64,000 nucleotides of DNA from an uncultured Solibacteraceae bacterium. Its GTDB lineage: Bacteria > Acidobacteriota > Terriglobia > Bryobacterales > Bryobacteraceae. Shown here one piece after another: positions 17,312 to 26,231 of this stretch. The notes under the pieces were generated by a model. The model ran no database searches. It saw only the letters and a list, made by a program, of their open reading frames with translations, and was not told the DNA's origin. Numbering within the stretch: position 1 is the stretch's first letter; each line of letters opens with the position of its first letter. Made by a program: the position numbers and the translations under genes. The stretch covers positions 3,881 to 67,880 of the forward strand of contig CAYXLI010000028.1 in NCBI GenBank assembly GCA_964464925.1. The letters are read 5' to 3'.

Positions 17312-18463
17312 TTATTCAGGAGCCTGCTTCGTGAGCAGTTCGGCCACATCCATATGACCTGCGAATTCGGCCCAGCCCGCGGGGGTGCTGTCGTATTGGA
17401 AGTCGCGGACGGTGGGGTCGGCTCCGTAACCGAGGAGGAGTTCGACCATCTCGGCCTGGCCGGTGGAGGCGGCGCAGTGCAATGGCGTCTGGTTCGTGCC
17501 CTCGGCAAGTGCATTGGGGTCGGCCCCGTAACCGAGCAGTTCGGTCGCTATTCCGATGTGACCTTCGAGGGCCGCGATATGGAGCGGCGTGCAGTTCGTG
17601 CTGGTCTCGGCGATCAGCATGGGCGTTTGCACGCCCGGGTCGGCCCCTAATTCGAGCAGGAGGTCCACGGCCTCATCCATCCCGTCCGCGGTGCAGGCGT
17701 GAAGGAGGAAAGCGTGCATCTCCGGATCGAAGGGAATTTCTTTGGCCTTCTCGAACTCGCCGGAGAAGAGTGCGGCGCTTAGGTCGAACTCGGCTCCGTG
17801 AGCCTGGAGGAGTTCAGCGATGCTGTTGTGGCCGGCTTGGAGAGCGAGCGCCAAGGGAGAGACTCCCCACCAGGTGAGTGCATTGAAATCGGCATTCAGA
17901 TCGAGCAGACGGCGCACCGCCTTCACATTGCCGCGGGCAACGGCGAAGTGCAGAGGGGTCTGGCCTTGGCGGGCGAAGCCGAGGCGTTCGTCCACTTGCT
18001 CGGCGAGCGCATAGAGAGCCTCCTCATCGTCACGGACGATGGCGGAAAACGGGTCCATGAGCGAACCGCGTTCGAGGAGGGACTGCACAGCGGCATCGCG
18101 GTCCTCATGAAACTGAGGAGCCCAACGAATGATGGTCGCCCAACCGATGGGGCCGAGGTTGAACCACTCGTCGCGGGGATTGGGGTCTGCTCCGGCGCCG
18201 ATGAGCAATTCGATGATGGCCGGATGACCGCCTTCGGCAGCCCAATGAAGGGCCGTGGTCTGGCTGGCTTCTTCGCGCTCATCTACCGGAGCGCCGGATT
18301 CGAGCAGGAGCTGCACAATTTCGAGGAATCCACGGTGGGCAGCAAGGATGAGCGGCGTGCTGCCGAGAACCTCGTCGCGCTGCTGGACGGCGGAAGGGTC
18401 TTCCGCGAGGGCGGTGCGAACCGCATCAGTATCACCCTGTGTGCAAGCGTCGAGAATAGACAT
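17312..18463 (-). CDS. Ankyrin-repeat protein (cytoplasmic, about 8-9 repeats)
   Basis: 383 aa with repeated TPLHxAAxxGHxxxVxLLLxxGADPN units (TPLILAAHRGFLEIVQLLLESGAPV, TALHWAAEGGHPAIIELLIGAGADPN, TPLHIAALEGHIGIATELLGYGADPN, and others). Confidence 0.85.
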   Translation of the reverse strand: MSILDACTQGDTDAVRTALAEDPSAVQQRDEVLGSTPLILAAHRGFLEIVQLLLESGAPVDEREEASQTTALHWAAEGGHPAIIELLIGAGADPNPRDEWFNLGPIGWATIIRWAPQFHEDRDAAVQSLLERGSLMDPFSAIVRDDEEALYALAEQVDERLGFARQGQTPLHFAVARGNVKAVRRLLDLNADFNALTWWGVSPLALALQAGHNSIAELLQAHGAEFDLSAALFSGEFEKAKEIPFDPEMHAFLLHACTADGMDEAVDLLLELGADPGVQTPMLIAETSTNCTPLHIAALEGHIGIATELLGYGADPNALAEGTNQTPLHCAASTGQAEMVELLLGYGADPTVRDFQYDSTPAGWAEFAGHMDVAELLTKQAPE

Positions 18464-18491
18464 GGCAGCAAACCGTAGTATGGCACGGCAC

Positions 18492-19580
18492 TTATCGAGC
18501 GGCGCGTTCGAGTGTGCTGGCGGCTTGTTTTGCGGCGCCGGGATGAGCGAACCGGCGAACAGCGGTGGAAAGGCTCTGAAGCGCGGGCAGATCGGCTGAG
18601 AGCGCCGTCACTTCGTCGTAGAGGCGCTTGCCCGTGAGGTCCTTATCGAGAATGAGGCGGGCGGCGCCGGCATTAACGAGCGCCTCGGCATTGCGGCGCT
18701 GGTGGTCATCGGCAGCGAAGGGGAAAGGAATCAGGATCGCAGGCTTGCCGGCGGCGGCGATCTCGGCGACGGTGGAGGCGCCGGAGCGGCAGAGGATGAG
18801 GTCGGCCTTGGCGAAGGCTGCGGGCATATCGTCAATGAAAGGCGTGATCTCCCCCTGGAGCCCGCGCTCGCGGAACTCGCCTTCGAGGCCGGCATAGGCT
18901 TCGAGGCCGGTTTGGTGGATGATCCGAAGTGAAAGGGCGCGGCTGGAAGCGGCGAACAAGGGCCAGCTATCGCGCGCCGCGTTGTTCAGAGTGCGCGAAC
19001 CCTGGCTGCCGCCGGTGATCAAGAGCGTGAAGGGACCTTCGCTCAGCGGGACGCGCGGCGGGATCTGAAAAAAAGGCTCGCGGACGGGGATGCCGACGAC
19101 CTCCGCGGTGCCGGGCGGAAAATATGCGGCGGTTTCAGGAAAGTGGATGAGAGCCTTCGAGACGAAGCGGGCCATGCGGCGGTTCACCATACCGGGAACC
19201 GCGTTCGGTTCCATGGCTACGACTGGCACGCCGGCGAGCCACGAGGCAAGGACCACGGGTCCGGCGACATAGCCGCCCATCGAGAACACGGCCGCGGGCC
19301 TGACGTACGAGAACATTTTGCGGACGCGCATGGTGCTGAGGGGGAGCTGCCCGAGGGTGCGGATACGCTGCGTGAAGTCCACGCGGTTGAGGCCGCCGAT
19401 CTCGATCCATTCGATGGGAAAGCCCGCGTTGGGCACGAGTTTCGATTCCAGGCCGTGACGCGTTCCGATGAAGGTGATTTTGTGGCCGCGCGAGCGCAGT
19501 TCCTGGGCGACTGCAAGCGCAGGTATGATGTGGCCGCCGGTGCCTCCGCCAGCCATGACAAAATTCAGGGATTCGCTCAT
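18492..19580 (-). CDS. murG: UDP-N-acetylglucosamine--N-acetylmuramyl-(pentapeptide) pyrophosphoryl-undecaprenol GlcNAc transferase
   Basis: 362 aa. It reads MAGGGTGGHIIPALAVAQEL...GGYVAGP...TGGSQGS...RSGASTVAEI. Confidence 0.95.
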   Translation of the reverse strand: MSESLNFVMAGGGTGGHIIPALAVAQELRSRGHKITFIGTRHGLESKLVPNAGFPIEWIEIGGLNRVDFTQRIRTLGQLPLSTMRVRKMFSYVRPAAVFSMGGYVAGPVVLASWLAGVPVVAMEPNAVPGMVNRRMARFVSKALIHFPETAAYFPPGTAEVVGIPVREPFFQIPPRVPLSEGPFTLLITGGSQGSRTLNNAARDSWPLFAASSRALSLRIIHQTGLEAYAGLEGEFRERGLQGEITPFIDDMPAAFAKADLILCRSGASTVAEIAAAGKPAILIPFPFAADDHQRRNAEALVNAGAARLILDKDLTGKRLYDEVTALSADLPALQSLSTAVRRFAHPGAAKQAASTLERAAR

Positions 19581-20716
19581 CCGGCCTGTTCGCTGATGCT
19601 CATGAGCATACCAAGCGAGACCAGGGTGCTGAGCAGCGAGCTTCCGCCGTAGCTGATCATGGGCAGTGGAATGCCTTTGGTAGGGCCCATGTCGAGGACG
19701 ACGCTCATGTTGATAAGGGCCTGGACAACGACTGAGGTGGTGATGGCCAGAGCGAGATAGCGCCCAAAGTCATCAGGGGCGAGCCAGAAGAGCCGCATGC
19801 CTCGCCAAAGTATGAGGAAAAAGCCAATGAGAACAGCACTGGAGCCCCAAAGGCCGAGTTCTTCACCCACGACGGCGTAGATGAAATCGGTGTGGGCTTC
19901 GGGAAGATAGAGGAGCTTCTGCTTGCCCTGCATGAGGCCGACGCCGAGCGTGCCGCCGGCACCGACGGCGATCTTTGACTGGCGGGCCTGATAGCCGGGG
20001 TCGCGCGTGGACAGAGAGCTATGGACGTAGCGCTTGAGGCTGCCGCTGGGGTTCAGCTTATCGATAATCTTGTACTCGGGGTCGACGTAGCCGATGATGC
20101 GCGAGAGGCGGTATGGCTTGGCGGCAACGAAGCAACAAGCGACCACGAATCCTCCGGCCATGGCAATCAAGAAGTAGCGGCGCTCCAGGCCGGCGATGTA
20201 GAACACGACGGTTGCCGTAAGCGCGAGGACGATGGCGGTTCCAAGGTCCGCGATACCGACGACGGCAAGCAGGACGCCGAGGAGAAGAAACGCGGGCGCG
20301 AGCGTGTGCTTATTGTTGATGGCGCGGATCCGCAAGGTGACGAAATAGGCAAGGAAGATGCCGAGCGCAGGTTTGGCGAACTCAGAGGGCTGGATGCCAT
20401 GGCCGCCGATGTGCAGCCAGCGATGGCGCAAGGGGTCGGCGAAGTACACGACGACGAGCAGAGCGACCACAATGCCGAGAGGGGCAAAAGCCCAGATGGG
20501 CTCCTTAAAGCGCCGGTAATCGACGCTCTTGAAGAACATGAAGATCAAAAACGAGGCGATGGCCCAGAGGACCTGCTGCTTGATGAAGACATAGCTGCTC
20601 TTGTACTTCAACTCGGCCATGATGGAGGACGCGCTGTAGACGATGACAAGTCCGAAGCAGACCATCACGATGACGGTGAAGAAGAGAATCCAGTCGGTTT
20701 TGAGTCTTTGTGCCAT
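19577..20716 (-). CDS. ftsW: SEDS-family peptidoglycan glycosyltransferase FtsW
   Basis: 379 aa and polytopic. It reads IQPSEFAKP...LPEAHTDFIYAVVGEELG...PLPMISYGGSS. There is a 4-nt ATGA overlap with murG. Confidence 0.9.
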   Translation of the reverse strand: MAQRLKTDWILFFTVIVMVCFGLVIVYSASSIMAELKYKSSYVFIKQQVLWAIASFLIFMFFKSVDYRRFKEPIWAFAPLGIVVALLVVVYFADPLRHRWLHIGGHGIQPSEFAKPALGIFLAYFVTLRIRAINNKHTLAPAFLLLGVLLAVVGIADLGTAIVLALTATVVFYIAGLERRYFLIAMAGGFVVACCFVAAKPYRLSRIIGYVDPEYKIIDKLNPSGSLKRYVHSSLSTRDPGYQARQSKIAVGAGGTLGVGLMQGKQKLLYLPEAHTDFIYAVVGEELGLWGSSAVLIGFFLILWRGMRLFWLAPDDFGRYLALAITTSVVVQALINMSVVLDMGPTKGIPLPMISYGGSSLLSTLVSLGMLMSISEQAG

Positions 20717-20751
20717 TGGCTGTCTTGATACCGGCGCGGCCAGAGGCTGCG

Positions 20752-22059
20752 CTACATTCCGTTCACGAGGTTCTTAAATACCGTACCGCGATGTTCGTAA
20801 TTTTCAAACTGGTCGAAGCTGGCACACGCGGGAGAGAGCAGCACGACCTCACCGGGGGCTGCGGCTGCGTGGGCAAAGCGGATCGCCGCGTCCATGGTGC
20901 CGCACTGAACGAGCGGGAGACCCTCCAGTTGGCGGGCGATGATATTTGCCGCAGCGCCGATCAACATAATGGCGCGCGCCTTCTTCTGCAGTTTGTCAAA
21001 TAAGACTGTGTAGTCGCTGTTCTTGTCCTTGCCGCCGAGGATAAGCCACAAGCCTTCATCGAAGGCGTCGACGGCCTTTTCGGTAGCGTCGACGTTGGTG
21101 GCTTTCGAATCGTTGTAGTAGCGGACACCGTTCAACTCGCGCACGAACTCGATGCGGTGCTCGACGCCGGGGAAAGTGCGGAGGGCATCCGCGATCCTGG
21201 GCAACGGCACGCCGGCGCAGCGGCAGGCACCGATGGCGGCGAGGGCATTTTCCACATTGTGAATGCCGCGCAGAGGGATCTCTTTCGCGAGCATGACGGC
21301 GGTATCGTCGAAGAAAATCCGGCCGTCCTCGCGGAGCCATGCGCCACGGTCCACCTGGTGGGAGGTGCTGAACCAGATTACCTGGGCCTTGGTCCGGGAA
21401 GCGAAGGCGGCGGTGGGCTGGTTATCGACATTGAGAATTGCGAAGCCGTCCGCGGCTTGGGTTTCGAAGAGGCGGGCCTTGGCGTTTGCGTAGTTCTCGA
21501 ACGTGTGATGACGATCGAGATGGTCGGGAGTGACGTTCAGGCAAACGGCGACGTTCGCCTGGAATTCGGAAATTGTTTCGAGCTGAAAGCTGGAGAGTTC
21601 GAGTACGTTCCACTGGCCGGCCCTGGAGGATTCGACCATCGAGGTGGGCGGTGTCCCGATATTCCCGCCCACCTGGACAGGAAGCGCGGCTTTCTGCAAG
21701 ATATGCCCAATCATCGCGGTTGTTGTTGTTTTGCCATTAGAACCGGTAATACCGATGATCGGGCCCTGCAGAAACCAGGCGGCAAGCTCGACTTCTCCGA
21801 CGATGGGGATGCCGCGGCGGCGTGCTTCGTCCAGCTCGGGAATGTCCAGGGGGATTCCGGGAGAGAGGACGATCAGATCCACATCGCTGAGTGCTTCGAT
21901 GTTCTGCGGAACGACGAGGTAAGACTGGGGAGGGACCTTCTCCGGATGCTGATCCATCGCTTTGACGATCGCCCCATGCTGGAGCAACAGGGCGGCGGCA
22001 GCCAGACCGGAGCGGGCCATCCCGGCGACAAGAACCCGTTTGCTGGTGAGGTCCTTCAT
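20752..22059 (-). CDS. murD: UDP-N-acetylmuramoylalanine--D-glutamate ligase
   Basis: Track ORF 20752..22143. The start at M29 (MKDLTSKRVLVAGMARSG) gives an ATGA overlap with the mraY stop at 22056. It contains GITGSNGKTTT. Confidence 0.93.
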   Translation of the reverse strand: MKDLTSKRVLVAGMARSGLAAAALLLQHGAIVKAMDQHPEKVPPQSYLVVPQNIEALSDVDLIVLSPGIPLDIPELDEARRRGIPIVGEVELAAWFLQGPIIGITGSNGKTTTTAMIGHILQKAALPVQVGGNIGTPPTSMVESSRAGQWNVLELSSFQLETISEFQANVAVCLNVTPDHLDRHHTFENYANAKARLFETQAADGFAILNVDNQPTAAFASRTKAQVIWFSTSHQVDRGAWLREDGRIFFDDTAVMLAKEIPLRGIHNVENALAAIGACRCAGVPLPRIADALRTFPGVEHRIEFVRELNGVRYYNDSKATNVDATEKAVDAFDEGLWLILGGKDKNSDYTVLFDKLQKKARAIMLIGAAANIIARQLEGLPLVQCGTMDAAIRFAHAAAAPGEVVLLSPACASFDQFENYEHRGTVFKNLVNGM

Positions 22060-23210
22060 CGCAGTTTCAAGGTGGTGAGGGCGAAGAGTGCCATCACGAG
22101 GCCGGCGATCCAGAATCGCGTGATGATCTTCGACTCCTGCCATCCGAGCGCTTCAAAGTGATGGTGCAGCGGCGCCATTTTAAAGACACGCTTGCCGCGG
22201 AGTTTGAAGCTACCGACCTGGATGATGACGGAAAGCGCTTCGAGCACGTACACGCCGCCGATGAAAGGCAGCAGCAACTCCTGCTTGATAAGAACGGTGA
22301 CAGCGGCGAGGGCTCCGCCGAGAGCGAGCGACCCTACGTCGCCCATGAACACTTCAGCCGGATGCGCGTTGTACCAGAGGAAGCCCAGCGAGGCGCCGGT
22401 CATGGCGGCGCAGAAGACGGTTAACTCGGCGGCGCCGGCCAGGCGGGCGATTTCGAGGTAGTTCGAAAATTCGCGATGGCCGCTGACGTAGGTGAGGATC
22501 GTGATGGCCCCCGAGGCGATGATCATGAGACCGATAGCGAGACCATCCAGACCGTCTGTGAGGTTGACTGCATTGGACGCACCTACGAGCACGAAGGCGG
22601 TGAACGCGTAGAACCCGACGAAGGCGAGCGCGTATGTCCAGTAACTGCTCAGGAAGCCGGTAATCAGCAGGTCCGGCCGGAATTGCTTTACGAACGGCAC
22701 GTTCATGGAGGTGTCATACATTCCGTTGGCGTGCAGGACGAGAAGCGCGAAGCCGATGATGAGCGAAACAAGGACCTGCAGGAAAATTTTCTGACGTCCC
22801 GTGATGCCCAGGTTTCGCGCCTTGCGCACTTTGCTGTAGTCGTCCCAAAAGCCAATAGCACCAAAGCCGAGCAAGGCGAAGAGCACGATCCAGACGTAGG
22901 GATTGCGGAGGTCCGTCCACAAAAGGGTCGGGATCACGATAGAGACGATGATGAGCACGCCGCCCATGGTAGGCGTGCCGGCCTTAGTCTGGTGCGAGCG
23001 CGGACCTTCCTCGCGGATGTGCTGCCCGATCTGGAATTCACGCAGCTTGCGAATGAACCAGGGGCCGAGGACGATGCAGAGGAAGAGAGCGGTGAGGCTG
23101 GCGAACGCAGTGCGAAAAGTAACGAAGCCGAAGAGACGGAGGGGGCCGAATGCAGGCACCTGCTTTCCGTATCCAATGAAGAGTTTATGGTAGAGAAGCC
23201 AGTAAAGCAT
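22056..23210 (-). CDS. mraY: Phospho-N-acetylmuramoyl-pentapeptide transferase
   Basis: 384 aa. It reads KAGTPTMGG...NAVNLTDGLDGLA...MGDVGSLALGG...APLHHHFE. Confidence 0.95.
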   Translation of the reverse strand: MLYWLLYHKLFIGYGKQVPAFGPLRLFGFVTFRTAFASLTALFLCIVLGPWFIRKLREFQIGQHIREEGPRSHQTKAGTPTMGGVLIIVSIVIPTLLWTDLRNPYVWIVLFALLGFGAIGFWDDYSKVRKARNLGITGRQKIFLQVLVSLIIGFALLVLHANGMYDTSMNVPFVKQFRPDLLITGFLSSYWTYALAFVGFYAFTAFVLVGASNAVNLTDGLDGLAIGLMIIASGAITILTYVSGHREFSNYLEIARLAGAAELTVFCAAMTGASLGFLWYNAHPAEVFMGDVGSLALGGALAAVTVLIKQELLLPFIGGVYVLEALSVIIQVGSFKLRGKRVFKMAPLHHHFEALGWQESKIITRFWIAGLVMALFALTTLKLR

Positions 23211-24673
23211 TATCCGAGAAATGCCTCCAGGGCGTTCTCTACGTGGGTGCCGCGGGAGCCTTTGAAGAGGATGGCATCGCCGGGGCGTGCGATTTCACGC
23301 AACTGGCGGCCGGCTGGCTCTGGATCGGAAAAAAAGTACGCGGCGTCACCTGCGAGGCCAGCTTCTATGGCTGCGTCGACCATATTGCGAGCTGCGCCGC
23401 GTATCCCGATGAGCACTGATATCCCTGAACCGGCGACGTAGTAACCCACGTCCCGATGCAAAGGCTCGGCCCAGCGGCCGAGTTCCAACATCTCCCCCAA
23501 CACAGCAATGTGCCGCTGAGCCGGGACATCTCGAAGCACGTCGATCATGGAGCGGGCGGCATCGGGATTGGAGTTGTAACAGTCATTCAAAATTGTAATG
23601 CCTTCATGGACGAGCCGCTCGCCTCGCATTTTCCCTGGGGAAAGGGAGCGAACTGCCTCGACCAAATCTACCAGGTCGATCCCAAATATCTGTGCGACCG
23701 CAATCCCGGCCAAAATGTTTCGGACGCCGTGGCGGCCTAACATAGAGGTTTCGAACTGCGTGCCGGAGACGCGGAATTTCACGCCCGTATCACTGAGCCG
23801 TACCTCTTCGGCGCGCACATCCGCATCCGCTGACAGGCCGAAGGTGACACTGCGGCCGGGATGGACGCCGCGGAAGGCGCGTACCCGCTCATCGTCGGCA
23901 CTCAGCACGGCGATGCCGCCCGGCTTCAGGCCTTCGACGAGTTCGCGCTTGGCGAGGGCAACGCCTTCGACGGAATCGAAGTTCTCAATATGCGCATAGC
24001 CGACATTGGTGACGACAGCCACATCGGGGAGACCGATCCTGGTCAGGTCGCGGATCTCGCCTGCATGGTTCATGCCCATCTCGAGGACGGCGACTTCGGC
24101 ATCATCGGGCAAACGAAGTATGGAGACCGGCAGCCCGATGTGATTATTGAAATTCCCGACAGTGCGCCCGGTTTTGAGCTTGACGCTGAGCAATGCGGCG
24201 ATTACATCTTTGGTAGTCGTTTTGCCGGCACTACCAGTAACGGCAACGACCGGTTTAGCAAATCTTTGGCGAGCCCACCGCGCGAGCGTCTGGAGCGCTT
24301 GGAGGGTATCCGGAACGTGAAGGAATTTCCCATGTAGCGCAACTGGACGATCCACAACCGCGGCGTACGCGCCTTTTTCGAAAGCTTGCGAGAGATACTC
24401 ATGGCCATCCAACCTTTCCCCGCGGAGAGCGAAGAAGAGATCTCCGCTCTGAATTGTGCGGGTGTCAATGCTGTATCCGGTGATAGTGCCTTGCAGCGAG
24501 CCGGTGCTGCGGGTGACTTCGCATATTTCCTGGAGGCTCAGCGTCAATGGAACAACCTCGAGGACGGGATCCGCGGGAAGCGAGGACGAGCGGCTACACG
24601 CGGGACGAGCGGAACGGCGGGGAACTGCGGGAGCGCGAGGGCGCTCAGGAAGCCCGCGAACAGCGGCGAGCAT
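23210..24673 (-). CDS. murF: UDP-N-acetylmuramoyl-tripeptide--D-alanyl-D-alanine ligase
   Basis: Track ORF 23210..24856. It reads IDTRTIQSGDLFFALRGERLDGH...VTGSAGKTTTKD. The start is uncertain: ATG 24673 adds an Arg/Pro-rich leader, and the in-frame TTG at 24547 (MTLSLQEICEV) fits the usual MurF N-terminus better. Confidence 0.9.
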   Translation of the reverse strand: MLAAVRGLPERPRAPAVPRRSARPACSRSSSLPADPVLEVVPLTLSLQEICEVTRSTGSLQGTITGYSIDTRTIQSGDLFFALRGERLDGHEYLSQAFEKGAYAAVVDRPVALHGKFLHVPDTLQALQTLARWARQRFAKPVVAVTGSAGKTTTKDVIAALLSVKLKTGRTVGNFNNHIGLPVSILRLPDDAEVAVLEMGMNHAGEIRDLTRIGLPDVAVVTNVGYAHIENFDSVEGVALAKRELVEGLKPGGIAVLSADDERVRAFRGVHPGRSVTFGLSADADVRAEEVRLSDTGVKFRVSGTQFETSMLGRHGVRNILAGIAVAQIFGIDLVDLVEAVRSLSPGKMRGERLVHEGITILNDCYNSNPDAARSMIDVLRDVPAQRHIAVLGEMLELGRWAEPLHRDVGYYVAGSGISVLIGIRGAARNMVDAAIEAGLAGDAAYFFSDPEPAGRQLREIARPGDAILFKGSRGTHVENALEAFLG

Positions 24674-24728
24674 GAATCGGTGATGGCAACCGTATCTTTC
24701 GCCTTTGCGGCAGTGGTTCTTTTCTCCT

Positions 24729-26231
24729 TCATTCTTTCCCTCCGTAGCCGAATGAGCGCAGGATTTCCTGCGCTGTTTCGCGGTCGTCGAAATGAATGGT
24801 CTTGTCCTTGAGAACCTGATAGTTCTCGTGGCCCTTGCCGGCAAGCAGAACCACATCTCCCGGGGCGGCCTGTTCGAGAGCTCTGCGGATCGCGATTGCG
24901 CGATCGGGTTCGATGATGTGAGGCGTGTCGAAACGGCGCACGCCTACGAGCGCATCGTTGAGGATATCGATGGGATCTTCCGAGCGCGGGTTGTCCGAAG
25001 TGAGGACAACGAAGTCGCTGAGTTCGGCCGCGGCCATTCCCATAAACGGCCGTTTGCTGCGGTCGCGGTCGCCTCCGCATCCAAAGAGGGTGATGACGCG
25101 CTTGCTGGTGAGTGCGCGAGCGACGGAGATCGCGTTCCGAAGCGCGTCGTCTGTGTGGGCATAGTCAACTACCACGAGGAAGGGCTGGCCTACCTCGACT
25201 CGCTCAAAACGGCCGGGAACAGCACGGCACTGAGCGATGCCTTCCGACATCACCGCCGGGTCAATCCCATAGGACGCCCCAGCGCACCACGCCGCAAGAA
25301 TGTTATAGACATTGATTTTCCCGACCAGCGGCGACTCCACCGGGTAAGTCCTGCCGTGGTGTTGAATCTCAAAGCGAAGCCCCTCAAAACTCGAGGAGAC
25401 CTTCCGAGCGCGAGTTGTTGCGCCCTCTTCCAGCCCATACCAGAACACCTCCGTATCGGGTTTTATCTGAAGCTGCCTGCCGTAGTCGTCATCGTAGTTG
25501 ATTACGGCAAACCGCGGTGCGGCCGCGCCCTGACCCGTAAACAGGATCTGTTTGGCCGCAAAATACGCTTCCATGGTCTTGTGGAAATCCAGGTGGTCCC
25601 TGGTGAGATTCGTAAAGACTGCAGTATGGAATTGAATCCCGTAGACACGGCCGAGCGCGAGCGCATGAGAGGAGGTTTCCATGGTGGCGTGGGTGCCGCC
25701 CGCCTGCTCGAGGTCGTGGAAGATCCGGAAGAGATCGAGGGATTCCGGCGTAGTGTTCAGGGCGGGCAGGATCCTACCCGCGAGCTGGTATTGAATCGTT
25801 CCGACCATCGCCGTCGTTTTCCCCGCGTGGCGGAGGATGGCGTCGATCAGAAATGACGTCGTTGTCTTGCCATTGGTGCCGGTGATTCCGGTGATGCCGA
25901 GCCGGCGGTCCGGATGGCCGTAGAAATTTGCCGAGGTGAGGGCCAGCGCTTCGCGGCCGTGGCGAACCTGCAGCCAGGGACCAGGGAAACCAGAGGGAGC
26001 AGCGCTCTCACTCAAGACCGCGAGTGCGCTCTGCGCGAGTGCGGCGGCGGCGAAGCGAGCGCCATCCACATGAGCGCCGGCGAAGGCGAAGAACAGGAAT
26101 CCGGCTTCGATTTTTCGGGAATCGTACGCAATGCCGCGGACAGACGCGGATGCCAGTGAGGATCCGACCTCCGTCATCAATGCGACCCCTTCGAGGGTCT
26201 TCTTCAGCGTCATCGTGTGCCTACCGCGCAA
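24729..26231 (-). CDS. murE: UDP-N-acetylmuramoyl-L-alanyl-D-glutamate--2,6-diaminopimelate ligase
   Basis: 500 aa. It reads ITGTNGKTTT...DYAHTDDAL...GCGGDRDRSKRP. The alternative start M7 (26213) removes the 11-nt overlap with ftsI. Confidence 0.93.
   Translation of the reverse strand: MRGRHTMTLKKTLEGVALMTEVGSSLASASVRGIAYDSRKIEAGFLFFAFAGAHVDGARFAAAALAQSALAVLSESAAPSGFPGPWLQVRHGREALALTSANFYGHPDRRLGITGITGTNGKTTTSFLIDAILRHAGKTTAMVGTIQYQLAGRILPALNTTPESLDLFRIFHDLEQAGGTHATMETSSHALALGRVYGIQFHTAVFTNLTRDHLDFHKTMEAYFAAKQILFTGQGAAAPRFAVINYDDDYGRQLQIKPDTEVFWYGLEEGATTRARKVSSSFEGLRFEIQHHGRTYPVESPLVGKINVYNILAAWCAGASYGIDPAVMSEGIAQCRAVPGRFERVEVGQPFLVVVDYAHTDDALRNAISVARALTSKRVITLFGCGGDRDRSKRPFMGMAAAELSDFVVLTSDNPRSEDPIDILNDALVGVRRFDTPHIIEPDRAIAIRRALEQAAPGDVVLLAGKGHENYQVLKDKTIHFDDRETAQEILRSFGYGGKE

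Noticed and set aside
20021-23441. Plus-strand ORFs 20021..20728, 21157..22161 and 22476..23441
   Set aside because: They are antisense to ftsW, murD and mraY. Their D/E/G/R-rich composition is typical of reverse-frame translation of membrane and ligase genes.
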